Shown piece after piece: positions 23,474 through 36,200 of a stretch of DNA of 64,000 nucleotides. The stretch is taken from positions 7,440,001-7,504,000 of the forward strand of contig OZ116705.1 of NCBI GenBank assembly GCA_964199315.1, read 5' to 3'. A program made the translations under genes and the position numbers. Within the stretch, counting starts at the first letter, position 1. Each line of letters opens with the position of its first letter. This DNA comes from Orbicella franksi. Its lineage: Eukaryota. The notes under the pieces are model-generated. The model was not told where the DNA came from. It worked only from the letters and a program-made list of their open reading frames with translations, and searched no databases.

Positions 23474-26400
23474 GTGAGTATTGTGTATAGTTTTCTTGTT
23501 GATCTTACTTAGTCGCTAGCCTATTAATATTTTATGATCGGAAAAAGAGAAAAATAACAAGCTATTGCGTTTATAAACCGTTTCAGGCGAAAACTGACTT
23601 TAGATTTTCGCACTTTTTTATTGTTTTTACTACGGAAATTAGTGTTTACGATCGTTTTCACGAAGGTACTAAATTATTCCGTACCGCTGATCTGTTTTCA
23701 TTTTTAGTGCGATCGAGTTTTCCCTGGGGTTCTGTAATGCAATATTTCCTTGTTTTGATTATTTTCGTGTTTTACCGTGTCGAATTTTAACAGTTAATAC
23801 ACAAGCTTGTATAATAGTTTTTGATACGTGTATTGTCAGCTACAGCGTGGTCGATTTCTCTCAATGAGCTTGTTTAGGTCGTTGCTTTGTGTCAAAATGT
23901 TCGTTACGTTTCGCCGAGATAATTTGCATCAATCATGCCTGAAATTAAACAGTAATTAGGTCACTTGGAACTTCTCTCTTCTTTTCAGTTTGAATTATTA
24001 TTTTTCTACAACAAGGTTAGCGTGAGAATCGAATTCCTGCGAGCAGCGAAATTAAATAATTAGAGGTCGAAGTCGAGAGATTATCTTTTTAATATTTATT
24101 TTTACAGCTGGCAGGCTTCGTGAATAACGCTTCAGCAAAACTTTGAACCAACCTTTCGCTTTCTTTCAAAGTAGTTTTATGCCAAATAATTATTATTTTG
24201 CTTGCTAATTTAATTTTTGAGTTTGTTATGAGTGGGAGTACAGTGATTTATGTTGGCACAGAATCGGGAATTTTGTTTACTTCCACTCCACTCATCAATT
24301 CTTGAATCACTTAGACAGGTTTTTAACACAAACCCCGTTTAATCTGTGATCAGCATTTGCTGTGGGGCACATTATTTTTGCCATAGTCTAAGTATAATTG
24401 AATACATTTGTAAAAAGGGTAGTTTTTTTTCCTTGTTGCATTGCCAATCATTTATCAGTAAAGTTAACTTAATTGATGTATTGTTTCTGTGTCAAAGTTG
24501 TAAAGCAATTCAATATGCACTGGTTTATTTTCAATCATCTCTTTCCCACATGTATGCATTTGTATGTATGTATTCACTGGAAGTAATATTTTTCAGACCC
24601 CCAAAATTTTGCCAAGTTGACATTTTCAAGATAATTTACACTACGTGCTTCCAGTATCTACCAATCAATAGCACAGGATTTCCCTTTCAACTCAGTTTGT
24701 ATATATTAGCACACATCTTTCACAAACAACTCTTTGGGTGCCCTTACAGATGGAAGATTTTACAGCAATATGTAATTCGTCAAGGTGCTCAAGTTGCAGT
24801 CTTTTGTAGAAAAGAGTTGTTCTCAATTAGAAATAATGCTTTCCTGTTAACAGGTCTTTAAACTGGATTGCTCAAATGTATGGCATGTGACCCTGCTGGG
24901 AATGTTTGGCATTATGAGAAAAAAGATTGGAAAGTACAAAAGAGTGTTGATTTGTTCAACTCTACTGTAGGTTGAGCAGGGTTAAAGTCAACAACAGCAC
25001 TCAATGTTTATTAATTGGCAATGAAATAAGTCAAAGGGAACATTGTTATCGTAGTATTGTCAAAACTTGTTTCATGAGCAAAAAAATAAATTTCATATGA
25101 AATGCTACAGAAACAGCTGTCTGGATGTTATTTACATGTACATGTAAGGGGGCATGGAGACCTCTGGCGGCGATATTTACGAAAACTCTTTGTTTTTCTT
25201 AGAGCTGCTTGGGTTTCTTCTCAAATTCAGTAAGGTTTAAGTTGATGAATGACATTCAAAGCAGAAAGATGGAAATCCGATTATACTATCAATGGCACTT
25301 CATTATTTCAGGTCATCTAATTAACATTATCCAAAATTATCCTGTCTATTAGAAGTGCTAAATGTAAAAAGAACATTCTAGAATGAAATTATTTCAAGAC
25401 AGATAATTATTGTATTATCAGGAGTTCTAACAAACACGCACAAGAATTTATCTTTAACTCAAGGTCAGTCAGGTTCATGTTTCTTGTTGTTGCTGTAGTT
25501 GTGACATCTGAAATATCTGGCATCGTCATGGTTACCATCACAGAACCCCAAGTGTTTTTCATCCTTGAAAACAAAAGAGCTCATGGTGTTAATGGCGGCT
25601 GATTAATTAGAGGAGTAAGAAAATTGATATTTGACCTCTCAGCACTAGGCGCTAAATCTTGTAGAAGACAATATACTTAAATGCTGGAGTCCATATCATC
25701 ACCTTATGGGTTGATATATTTGCAACCTGATACAGCTATCACTGAACACTCACAAATCTGTTTTTCTTGTTTTGCTCACCTGGCTTTAACTTTACAAGGC
25801 TGTTTGCTAAATGTGTATTTATAACCAGCTGAGAGAAAACCACTATTGAATGTGTGAGCTATCAAACTACTCACCTTGACTTGCTGCATTTCTAGTATAA
25901 GTAAGTCAGAATAAAATCTGTGATTATTTTGTGCACTTGGCCATGGATGTACTTCAGGCAATCACCAAGTATAAAGGGAAAAGATTGTTTTTCCAAGAGC
26001 CATTTTGTGCCACATTTATTTTGTAATCTAGGAGTACAATTTTAGATCTGGCTTGAAAATCTAAAAGGAATGCACTCGTAGCATGTTTCATCTTAATTAT
26101 GACTAATTAACATATATTATAACATTAACATAACTTACAGTGTATATGAAGGGGCACACAAGTGAAGGTGCTAGGCATGATATCGACTTACATGCCCTTT
26201 AGGACCTTCATCTAAATGGCTAATAAAAGTTTCAGACTGTTCTGGTAAAATAATGGTTGTAATCAAATTTGACAAACCAAATTTACAACATGTATCCTTG
26301 TGTGATTCAGCTTCATGTAGGACAGCTTAATTCAAATGAAAGGTTTGACATAACTGGAATTTCATTATCACTGTAAAGTTGTGGTACAAGGAACCCTTTT

Positions 26401-29400
26401 TACTGAAAAAAAAAACCATGTCATTTTAAGCTTCTCTAATTTTTGCATAGATTACAGAATATGAATATTTGAATTTTTGTAGTTGTGAGTGTTCAGTATT
26501 ATGGGGCCATTTATATTTGCTTCATCCCTTGGAATATACACATACAATTAGTGAATGCAAAGAAACAAGATACTGTACACGCATTACTCAATATGGTGAT
26601 GAAGAAAGCTTAACTTATCTTTTCAGGCCAATTTGGCAATACCCCTGGACCCAGTTGTTCAAAGTGTTGGTAGAGGAATCCACAAGATACATTGGATAGC
26701 TGTAAAATGCTGTCCAGTGGTTACATGTGAGTGTCAAAAAGGCAAACCACATTATCCACTGGATAGTGATTGATTTGGTGGATGGTGTCAATTATCTTTC
26801 CTTGAACAACTGGGGTCCGGGTGGGTAGATGCACAAGTACGGTATATACTTGTACAGCTATAGCGTGTCCTACCCAAAATGACCGAACACAGCATTTAGG
26901 GGCAGTGAATGGTAAATGCGAAACTTTGCAAGAAGACAAGAGACTTTGAGCTTGCCAGACGCTCGTAACCACCAAAGGAATGAGACTTTGAGACCTGTGC
27001 ATTTCAACAAAAATTTTGAGTGACTCATTGTTTTTGTGGATCATGTGTATTAAATGCATCCGTGGTTGAGTGTTGATTGATATCCTCCATGGACACTCCA
27101 ACTACATCTTGACTGACACTTGATTGACATCTTGATCGATACTTGGTTGAAACTAGACTGACACTCGAATGACATCTCAATTGACACTCCATTGACAGTT
27201 GGTCCTGGTTGGCAGAGTATTGATCGCACTCATGTGTATCGATCGGAACTCAATGGCATGTCTTCGACAATTTGTTGACTCTTGAGTGACCTTCAACCAA
27301 GATGTTAGTCGAGTGTTGACGGAGTATCAGTGGAGATGTCAATCAAGTGTTGGTCGGGATGTCAATCAAGATGTCGATTGACAATTGACACTTGACTGCG
27401 GTTGCCTTTAGCACACATAATCTGTTTTGCCGCCCCCAACATGACAATCCTGGCTTGGAGAAATAACCTTGAATTTCCTGAGACAAATGATAAAATGCAA
27501 ATGACTACTGGGCCACAGCACCTCTCGTAGTGCTATTTAAACATTTAGCACCAAGATTCATTTGTTTTTTTTCTATTTGCAGATTTTTCCTCGTAATCGC
27601 AAGCCTAGTTTTAACTGTGTTGAGCACAGTAGAAACTACAGATAAAAACTATGAACAAATTTTACAAACACCAATATTAGCAGTGGTGAGTGTTGCTAAT
27701 TTTAGTGAATACTAGTAACGTTTGCACCAAACCTGAGGCGTGGAGAAGCTAGAATCTTGGACAAAACTTGAGTCACTTTTGATAATTTGACTCCAAAACT
27801 TTACCTGTTTACCCAAGACATTTCCCCTTTCAATGTTTTGTCATGCCTCATTTACATGATTGTATGTTTTGTCCACAACGACAACCTTAAGCAACCAAAC
27901 ATTGCAGGGAAATAATTGTATTTTTGAGTTTTGTTAAAAGTAAAAGTTTTCATTCCTTTCCTTCAGATAGACTGAGAGAAGCTTGTCTCTAAACTGAGTT
28001 GTATCAGCAATTGAGTATAAAATTCCAAACATATACATGTACCAGGCACTGATGTTTTATTCCTCAAAATTAATAAAATTTTATCATCTTGTTAACTTGT
28101 GGCTGGTGCCGAAGGTATCCACCGTCCAAAAATTTATATGTATGTCCCTTTTGAGGAGGTTTTCTTTAAAAATTCTGTAGCCTTGTTATTTAAGGGGAAT
28201 TCGTCAATGTTGTCACATTAATTTGAGTTTTCCAACTCTTTTGCAGGAGGTTATTTTAATAGTAATATTTGTGATAGAATACATCATACGACTGTGGGCA
28301 GCGGGCTGTCGCAGTGCATATGTAGGACTAAAAGGAAGATTGTGGTTTGCTGTAAAGCTCTATTCCATTATAGGTACGTTTCCTAATATTATTTGTCACG
28401 TTTTGGTCTGTTGTGAAAGAAAGACAAAGCTAACAGAAAGTGTATTTCACTGTTCAGTCTTAATAATTACCACTGCATTGTGTAATTCATAATTATTAGG
28501 AGAACTTTTCACAATGAAGTGGTTTGTGTTTCAAATTTTGAAGCCAATTCCTTATTATACTGTAGCAGCAAAAAGGTTGTCATGCACATGTAGATGTATG
28601 TCTTGAAAACATTTTACAACAATTTCCTTTGATGTCACTACTGCATTTTTATGTTGTGGCTTAGCTTTATTTTGGTTTTAATTTTTTTGAACCCAGCTTG
28701 GTTTTAATTTTAGTTTCCTCTTTTTAGGTTATGATAATGAAAATGAGACAATATATAACAAAATGGAATTTAATTTATAATCTTAAGCCACAACTTAACA
28801 GACATATAATTATCTGGTAATTAAAAATGAATTTTTTAGTCATGTAACAAAAATCTTAGTCAACTCTCTGGCCTGGACAACAACATTTTTGGAAGTTTTT
28901 ATGCAAGTGACAGACATCTTAAATTTGTAGTTTGAAAGCTAGCAATCTACTTCAGTCACTTGTTTTATGAAATTGCTAAATGGTAATATTTTGCGATCAG
29001 AACTACTTAATTGCATTCTAGACAGGTGCTGATTTATATGTCATGGCTATACATGTATTAACTGTATATGTCTAAATAAATGAACATGTACAATACATAT
29101 GTGATAAACATTTTTTAAGTAAGCGTCCACTCAGACAATGCTCTCACAAAGAGCTTTTTCATCGTGTTATCTGGTTGTCTATCGGCAATCTTTGATCACC
29201 TCATTACAATGACTTTATAAAAATTTTATCGTCTAGACAACTGTAAATATGAAAATATGATTCATGACAACTGAGTAACTGTGCAAATATGAGTTGAGAC
29301 AAATAATCAAATATTCATTGTGGCAGCTGTTTTTGTATCATTTCAAGTAGATTTAATTTTGACCTGTTTCCTTTCAAATTTGGTATGAACCAAAGTTTGC

Positions 29401-32400
29401 ATGTTCTGAAAACATAAATTCTATGTTTAAGACAGATTCTGCTCAAAGTCCAAGCAATAAGTGCAAAAATTATGTACTAAAAATCTACACTCATATCACG
29501 GTAACTTTTGGAATACAGTAGAACCTCGATTTAACGAACCTCTATTTAACGAAGTCCTCGATGTAACGAACGATATTCTATGTCCTGGCCAAAGTTACAG
29601 TAAAATGTATGGAATAGAACCTCGATATAACGAACCTCAATATAACGAATTCTTTGATATAATGAACATAATCCGGAAGCCCAGATGTAAAATCTACCTC
29701 GATATAACGAATTACAATGTCAACACCCTACGGAAGATAAACGCTGAACAGATCAACAGTCAACAAATCCTTGTAATCCTTACGGTAAAGAGACAGCAAC
29801 CTTTCAGTCAACGGCTTATTATATGTCATAGACATTGGCACTATAGTATTTTGACATCAATTAACTTCTGCTCTATCTTCTTTGAAATGCGGAAATGTTG
29901 GATAGTGCAACATAACAGCACTAAAGCCTGTTTCTTTGTTTACATAGACAGTTTCTGTATAACCTCTATGTTGCAACATTTTTAAATTGCTACTCTGAAA
30001 GTGTCGTTCTTTCGTAAACAAAAGCTGCGCATCTGCTCAAAAGTGAAAATAATTGATACTGAAAGCCACCATGCCTAATGAATTGCATCTCAAAACGTGG
30101 CACTTCTGGGTGATGAAAATTGCATTGAATTGTGTGACAGAAGTCACCTGTGTTACAAATGAGTCATTAACTATGACCTCAATGTAACGAGCATTTTGGT
30201 CGTTTCCCCTCAAATTCGTTATATCGAGGTTTTTGATATAACGAACCCTCGATTTAACAAACAAATTTGACTGGTCCCTAGCGACTTCGTTAAATTGAGG
30301 TTCCACTGTACTATCTAAAACAACTCACTTTAGTTCATTTCTCTAAGTGACCCCGCAGGTAAATTCTCGAGCATTCTCGAGAAAGTTGATGTCAAACCTT
30401 GTGTGTTATTGTGTTTTTCACTAAAGCAAAACCTGTGTTTTAAGTCTGAAATATAGATAACTTTGACAAGTTAAATTTTCTCTCGTGGGGTCAGCTTGAG
30501 AGCCAAAGTCTCGATAAGTTCTAAGTTCTAAATAACTGTATTCAAAATAATACCATGCCATGAGGTTTTTTGGTAACTTCATTTTTGCCATTATTGTTTG
30601 AATGTTCTGCGGAAATCATCTTAATTTCTAGTAACCTGTCAAGTGAAAGTTTTGGAAGAAACACTACAAGTACCTCAACTACAGTTGTTTTAGATCTCAG
30701 ACATCTGTGAGGGTTTTCAATTTCTGTTAGAAGATACTGAGAGTAAGAGAAAGAAAAGTCATTCATTTGTTGGGATTTTAAAAATAATAAATACCCTGTA
30801 TGTAAAATAATTCTCCATGCACCTAATGAACACACTGTTATTGTCTTTTTATAGAAGTACACAACTCATGTAGCTTGAAGTGCTCACATACATTTTAAAA
30901 CTTATTATCTTTTTATTTTTTAACATTTTTTGTACATGTAATGTAGTTTATTTTTTTATATGAAAAAGTAATGAGTGCATGCAGTCTTACAGAAGGATTT
31001 CAAAAACCAAGCTGTAAATAATGACATCAACAAGAACTGCCTTTTTCATAGAAACTGTTTGTTTTTCCTTCACAGATATGATAGTTATTATTTCTTCAAT
31101 TGTTGCTGTGTCATTGGCTAGTAATGTTTCAACCTCTCCAATTAGGTAACTAAAGAATTAAGCTACATATAGCATACATTGTACATGTATACAGCGGTTT
31201 AGACAAAGGTTGTGAGTAGTGTATGCAAGAGGTTCTTTTGTGTGGCATTAGTTATTATGCTGTTCAAGGTGCAAGCTTTCTACTGAATAATCTGATGAAT
31301 TCTATTAGTAGAAGTCTTTATTAGAAGTCTTTATTAAGAAATCAGTCACAATATACGTGTGGCTTTACAATCAATAACAAACTAAGCTAAACTAGAAAAA
31401 AACCTATCATATGTATTACAAGAAATATTTTAAGAAATAAAGTTAAAGAGACATCTATTTACAAAAGCCCGTTTGAATCGTTCCGTTTTTACTTTAGGGA
31501 GCATGAAGTCATGGCCCCTTTCTCTAAGAGCTCTGTTACATTTGGGTGGGAGCAAGTCATATAATACATGGCCAGTGTCACTTGTGATTCTTTTGAAAAG
31601 ATCACTGTCCCTATCCTTTATAACATCAGATATCAAAATGATCTTATTTGTATAGCCAAAATGATAGGCTCTCCGAAAAAAAGTGTCAATCCGATCTAAA
31701 TATTTGCCTTGATAGGCGCAGCCCCACACTTCTAATCCATACAGAAATAATGACATTATGAAAGAGTTGAAGAGTTTACTAAGCTGATCTTTAGTGCACC
31801 CATAATATTCTATTAGTGTGTAAAAGTGCTAGAAAATGTAAGACAATTTGTAAAATTTATGCTTTCATTTGGCATTGTAACAAATGAAGAGTTGACTGTT
31901 GGTATCAAAATGGAATAAATATGTCCACCAAAATGTACATGTATATAGATACATATATGTTCTTGAAATTGTTTTTATTTGCTTTTCAGGTTGTTGAGAT
32001 TTCTTCCTTTACTTAGAGTTTTGAGATTTGACAGGCAGGGCGGTACATGGAAACTCCTTGGTTCTGTGATCTATGTCCATCGTCAGGTGTGAATGAAAGA
32101 ACAGAATCTTCTCTTCTCATATTTACATTCAACAAAAAGTTGTCACAAAATTGTGATAGGCACTTTCATTTGCACTGGTATTGCAGAGATTGTGGGTTCC
32201 AATCCCGTTCAAGCCTGAATTTTTCTCAGGCGTTGTTTTCACAATAATAAGTTGTGAACACAACTGTGATAATAAGTCATGTCTTTACATAAACATCTTT
32301 CTCTTTGGTTCAAATTTAAGATCTTCTGTACATTTGTGTACAAAATTGTGATAAATTGTACAAATATTTAATTAGTAATAATATTTATTTATTTCAAATT

Positions 32401-33249
32401 TACTTTATATGATTAACACTGCCATTTTTCTGTCTAACTCTTTTCAGGAACTTCTTACAACATTTTACCTTGGTTTTATCAGTTTGATATGTGCATCCTT
32501 TGTACTTTACATGGTTGAAAAAGACTCAAATAGTGAATTTGAAAGCTGGCCTAGTTCCTTTTGGTGGGGAATTGTAAGTACTCACTAATAAGTACAATAC
32601 ACTGCCCCCCTCCATCCATCTGTCCATTCCTCCATCTGTCTGTCCATCCAGCCTCTCTCTGTCTGTCAGTCTGTCTGTCCTCCTTCCCTCCCTCCCTCCC
32701 TCCATCTGTCCGTCCATCCTCCCTGCGTCCGTCTGTCCGTCTGTCCATCCGTCCTCCCTCCCTCCCTCCACCATCAATCCTTCTTTCGGTCTGTACTACT
32801 TTCTTCCTATCTTCTTTCCTTTGCTGTTTACATGTGCAGCAGAACCCTGTCACCTTTGGCTCCTAGCATTGTAAAAGTAGATTGAAGTTATTAAGTCTGT
32901 TGAACCAAGTGGTCCATGCTGCTGCTTATTCCAGTTTCCATAGCGTTAAGTGACTAGGGGTGTTTTTACTTCCCCTTCAGAAACTACTGCACGTAGTTAA
33001 TTGCAGGGTTACCTCCTAACATTATATTTGACAGTACCCATGTATACACGTGGGTGGAGATAGGCATTATGAGAGTTTATTATATGGTTAGCTCTGTAAG
33101 CGGGCAAGATGAATCAAATCCTGCACTGTGATTAGCTACCCGAGCGGGCAAGATAGCCCCATCTTGCCCGCTTGGGAATACCTGCCATGTCCCGCAAGAA
33201 AAATTTCCCCGAAAGCCATATAATAAATCCTTTATTGACCAAGCTTGTG

Positions 33250-33281
<32 letters not shown>

Positions 33282-36200
33282 TTTTTTTTTGTGAGTTTAT
33301 GGACCTCGACTCTGTCTCGGTCCATAAACACACAAGAAAAGAACTTGGCCAATATCCAGCCATCTTGACCTCACACTTGGTCAATAACCCATACAAAGTG
33401 TCTTGCTTAAAAACACAACACCGTACCCCTGGTCAGGGCATTGAACCTAACCATTAGACCCCTGCACCTTGCACACCTGAAATTGTGGTCATGTTTAATG
33501 GGTTCTAACAAGGAGGCCAAAAAAGTGCCTAACTTGATTATATGTACAGTAGTAATGGAGTGGTCATAAGGCATAGTTGTAATACTTACAGCCCTCAATA
33601 TCCCTTTCCCAAAACATGTTGAGAAACTGGAGCTGGCTGTAAGCACCCACTGTTTTGAAACACACGGCCTGTGAAGACTTACCATAATAATTATCTCCCT
33701 CAGAGCTTTATTATCTAGCTCTCTGCATGCATTGGAGGCCTATGATGAGGGAGCATAAATTATCTCTCTCAGAGCTTTATTATCTAGCTCTCTGCACGCA
33801 TTGCAGACCTATGGTGAGGGAGCATAAATTATTATTTGGTTCCATTCTAGGTCACTCTTACTACAGTTGGGTATGGTGACGCTGTGCCTGTCACGTGGTA
33901 TGGCAAGTGTTGTGCTGCCTTGTTTGCTCTTTGTGGAATCTCGTTTTTTGCGCTGCCTGCGGTAAGAATTTTTTTTTCAGGATCATTTGATATAATTGTT
34001 TGCTGTTGGTCTTGAAATTATGGTTAGCAGAGCTAAAAGAAATTATTTCAAGCTTGGCCCCTTTTGGACGAGCAGCTTGCAAAATTTGCTTGTCCAGAGC
34101 AAATCTTAGTGTACGTTTTTTGACTTAAGTAATTGGCAGAAGTCTGGCCTGGGCCCTTGCCCATTGGGCAAGTGAGAATGAAAAGTTGGTTGCCTGGCAG
34201 GAAAATCTACTTGTCCCGCATGACTGGATAACACTTTTCTCAAGCCTGAATGGTAGATAGAAATAGAAGATTACGTGTATGTCAATGGTTCAGTAAGGCT
34301 GGATGATGACAATAATGATAATGTCAATGACAATGAAATGAAAGGTTTTGTGATATTCTCTTCAACTTAATAAATTATGTCAATCTTAGTTTACAATTTA
34401 GTTTATTTTGTTAAAACTGAAACAAAGTGATAAACACACATGGTGTTGCAGTCCATTGCCAGTTGCGGAATATTATCTCAACTTACATGTGGCTGACAAA
34501 ACTCTTTTTAACAAAATGCTGCATTAATTCATGTTCCTCAATTTAGGGCATTTTAGGATCTGGCTTTGCTTTAAAAGTCACTCAACAACAGCGCCAGAAA
34601 CACTTTCACAGGAGAAGAAGGCCTGCAGCAGTTCTCCTCCAGGTAACTACACGTACAATGTATATAGATTGCAACTCTTCTTTTTTTTTCTTAGAAAAGG
34701 CTGTAGATGTCTAGTTTTGCATGTTACAAAGGAGTACTGTAAACTGCCGCTTATAAGCCCCCCACTTTAATATTAGCTCCCCCTCCCCCCCCACAGGGCC
34801 ATCTACTTGTAAACCAAAAAAATTCCTCCTGTTAAAAGCCCCTCCAGATAATTAAGCCCCCCTCTTGCTTTCCTTGTTTTGAAGCTGTTTTATTATGATG
34901 TTTTAAAGCTTAACTGAGCTTCTTTAAGTTCTCTATTACTCTTTTTGATTACAGATATTGTTTGCCGACTCTGTGGCAGACATAATAAGAAACGAGATAT
35001 CAAAACAGAGTCAACAAGTTTAGCAGTCACAAGCTTTTGACGCTGTCACAGCATCTTTCTCAAGTGAAGAAATGTCAGGAATCTATTTGTCATGTGAGCT
35101 TGGGTTGACCAAGTCACGTGCCAAAAACATCCCCGTTTTGGGTGGGAAGTTAAAATCCATGGTCTTGATTGAGTGTGGGGGACTGACTTTATTATTTTGT
35201 TTTCATGTACATTCCTGAAGTCATACTGGCGCTTGTTCTGTGCTGATCTTGACTCGAAGTCGGTAGCAACATGGCTACCATCCATCTACTATAATCGTCA
35301 ACAACACCTGTTGAAAACTGTCATGGAGAAAACAGGGACCACAGGTACGGCAATGGAAGATGACAGTCCTCAGCTGTCAGATACACAGCGTAAAAGGAAA
35401 CGTTCAATGTGGTCAAAGCAGAAGGGTTTGAGACGGGAATCATATGATGTGCGAAGCAGTAGATCTGAGTCCCTTTTGACAGGCATTTTTGACAGAAAGA
35501 CTAGCACCGCAAGCACATTAGATCATGATTATTATTTTGGTGAGATGTCATTACTTTAATACTCATCACAGCAGAGGGAAACCACTGTTGCATGTTGATG
35601 GGTTTTGAGAAATCTAACCCCAGCACATCACATAAATCATATTTAACTCTTTCAATGCTTGTGATTGAAAAAGAGACTTACAGTACACAGTGGTGGGTTT
35701 TAAAATGGCATTGTCTGAAATTCTGAGCTCAAAATTTTGCAGTGAAAAACCGTTTTTTTTTTTTAAGAGAGGAAGGCAAAGAATTTACTCATTGTAAGCA
35801 TTTATGAACATACAACACAATTATTATATACTGTTTGAAAATAGACTGGCAAACAACCAGGAGAACATCAACAGAAACAGCTTACATATAGGTTAAGACA
35901 GTGGCATTAAGTTAGAAAGGAATGTTTTGCAGTAAACAGTTCTAGGAATTAGCTGAAAATATATTGGCAACATTTTGAAAGATAACAGCCGCTGCACTGT
36001 GTTGGTGTTAATAAGACATTTCAAGAAAAGAATTAAGGCAAGAATGAAGTGATGTGGGTATTTTTAGAACATTGTGCCATCAGAGTTACATTATCAAAAA
36101 TGGTTGGCTGGAGACGAAAATCACCTATGACCATCTACCACCTTCATGATCTACTCTGCTGTGTAACTCTTCTGATTCAAGAGAAAAAGAAGGCAAAATC

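Noticed and set aside
24346-24861. 171-aa plus-strand ORF in KCNQ intron 1
   Set aside because: No recognisable motif, composition typical of AT-rich non-coding DNA, and the antisense frames I translated contain stops.
25203-25229. 27-nt in-frame microexon between KCNQ exons 1 and 2
   Set aside because: Splice sites and phase fit, but it would insert nine partly polar residues into S1; probably chance.
25465-25563. FCDGNH resembling a CDGSH iron-sulfur motif on the minus strand
   Set aside because: The upstream C-x-C and Pro are missing, and the neighbouring candidate exon is not phase-compatible.
29461-29985. 174-aa ORF
   Set aside because: Lies almost entirely within the Tc1/mariner MITE and translates its subterminal repeats.
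32526-32866. Three overlapping ORFs
   Set aside because: Products of the compound microsatellite.
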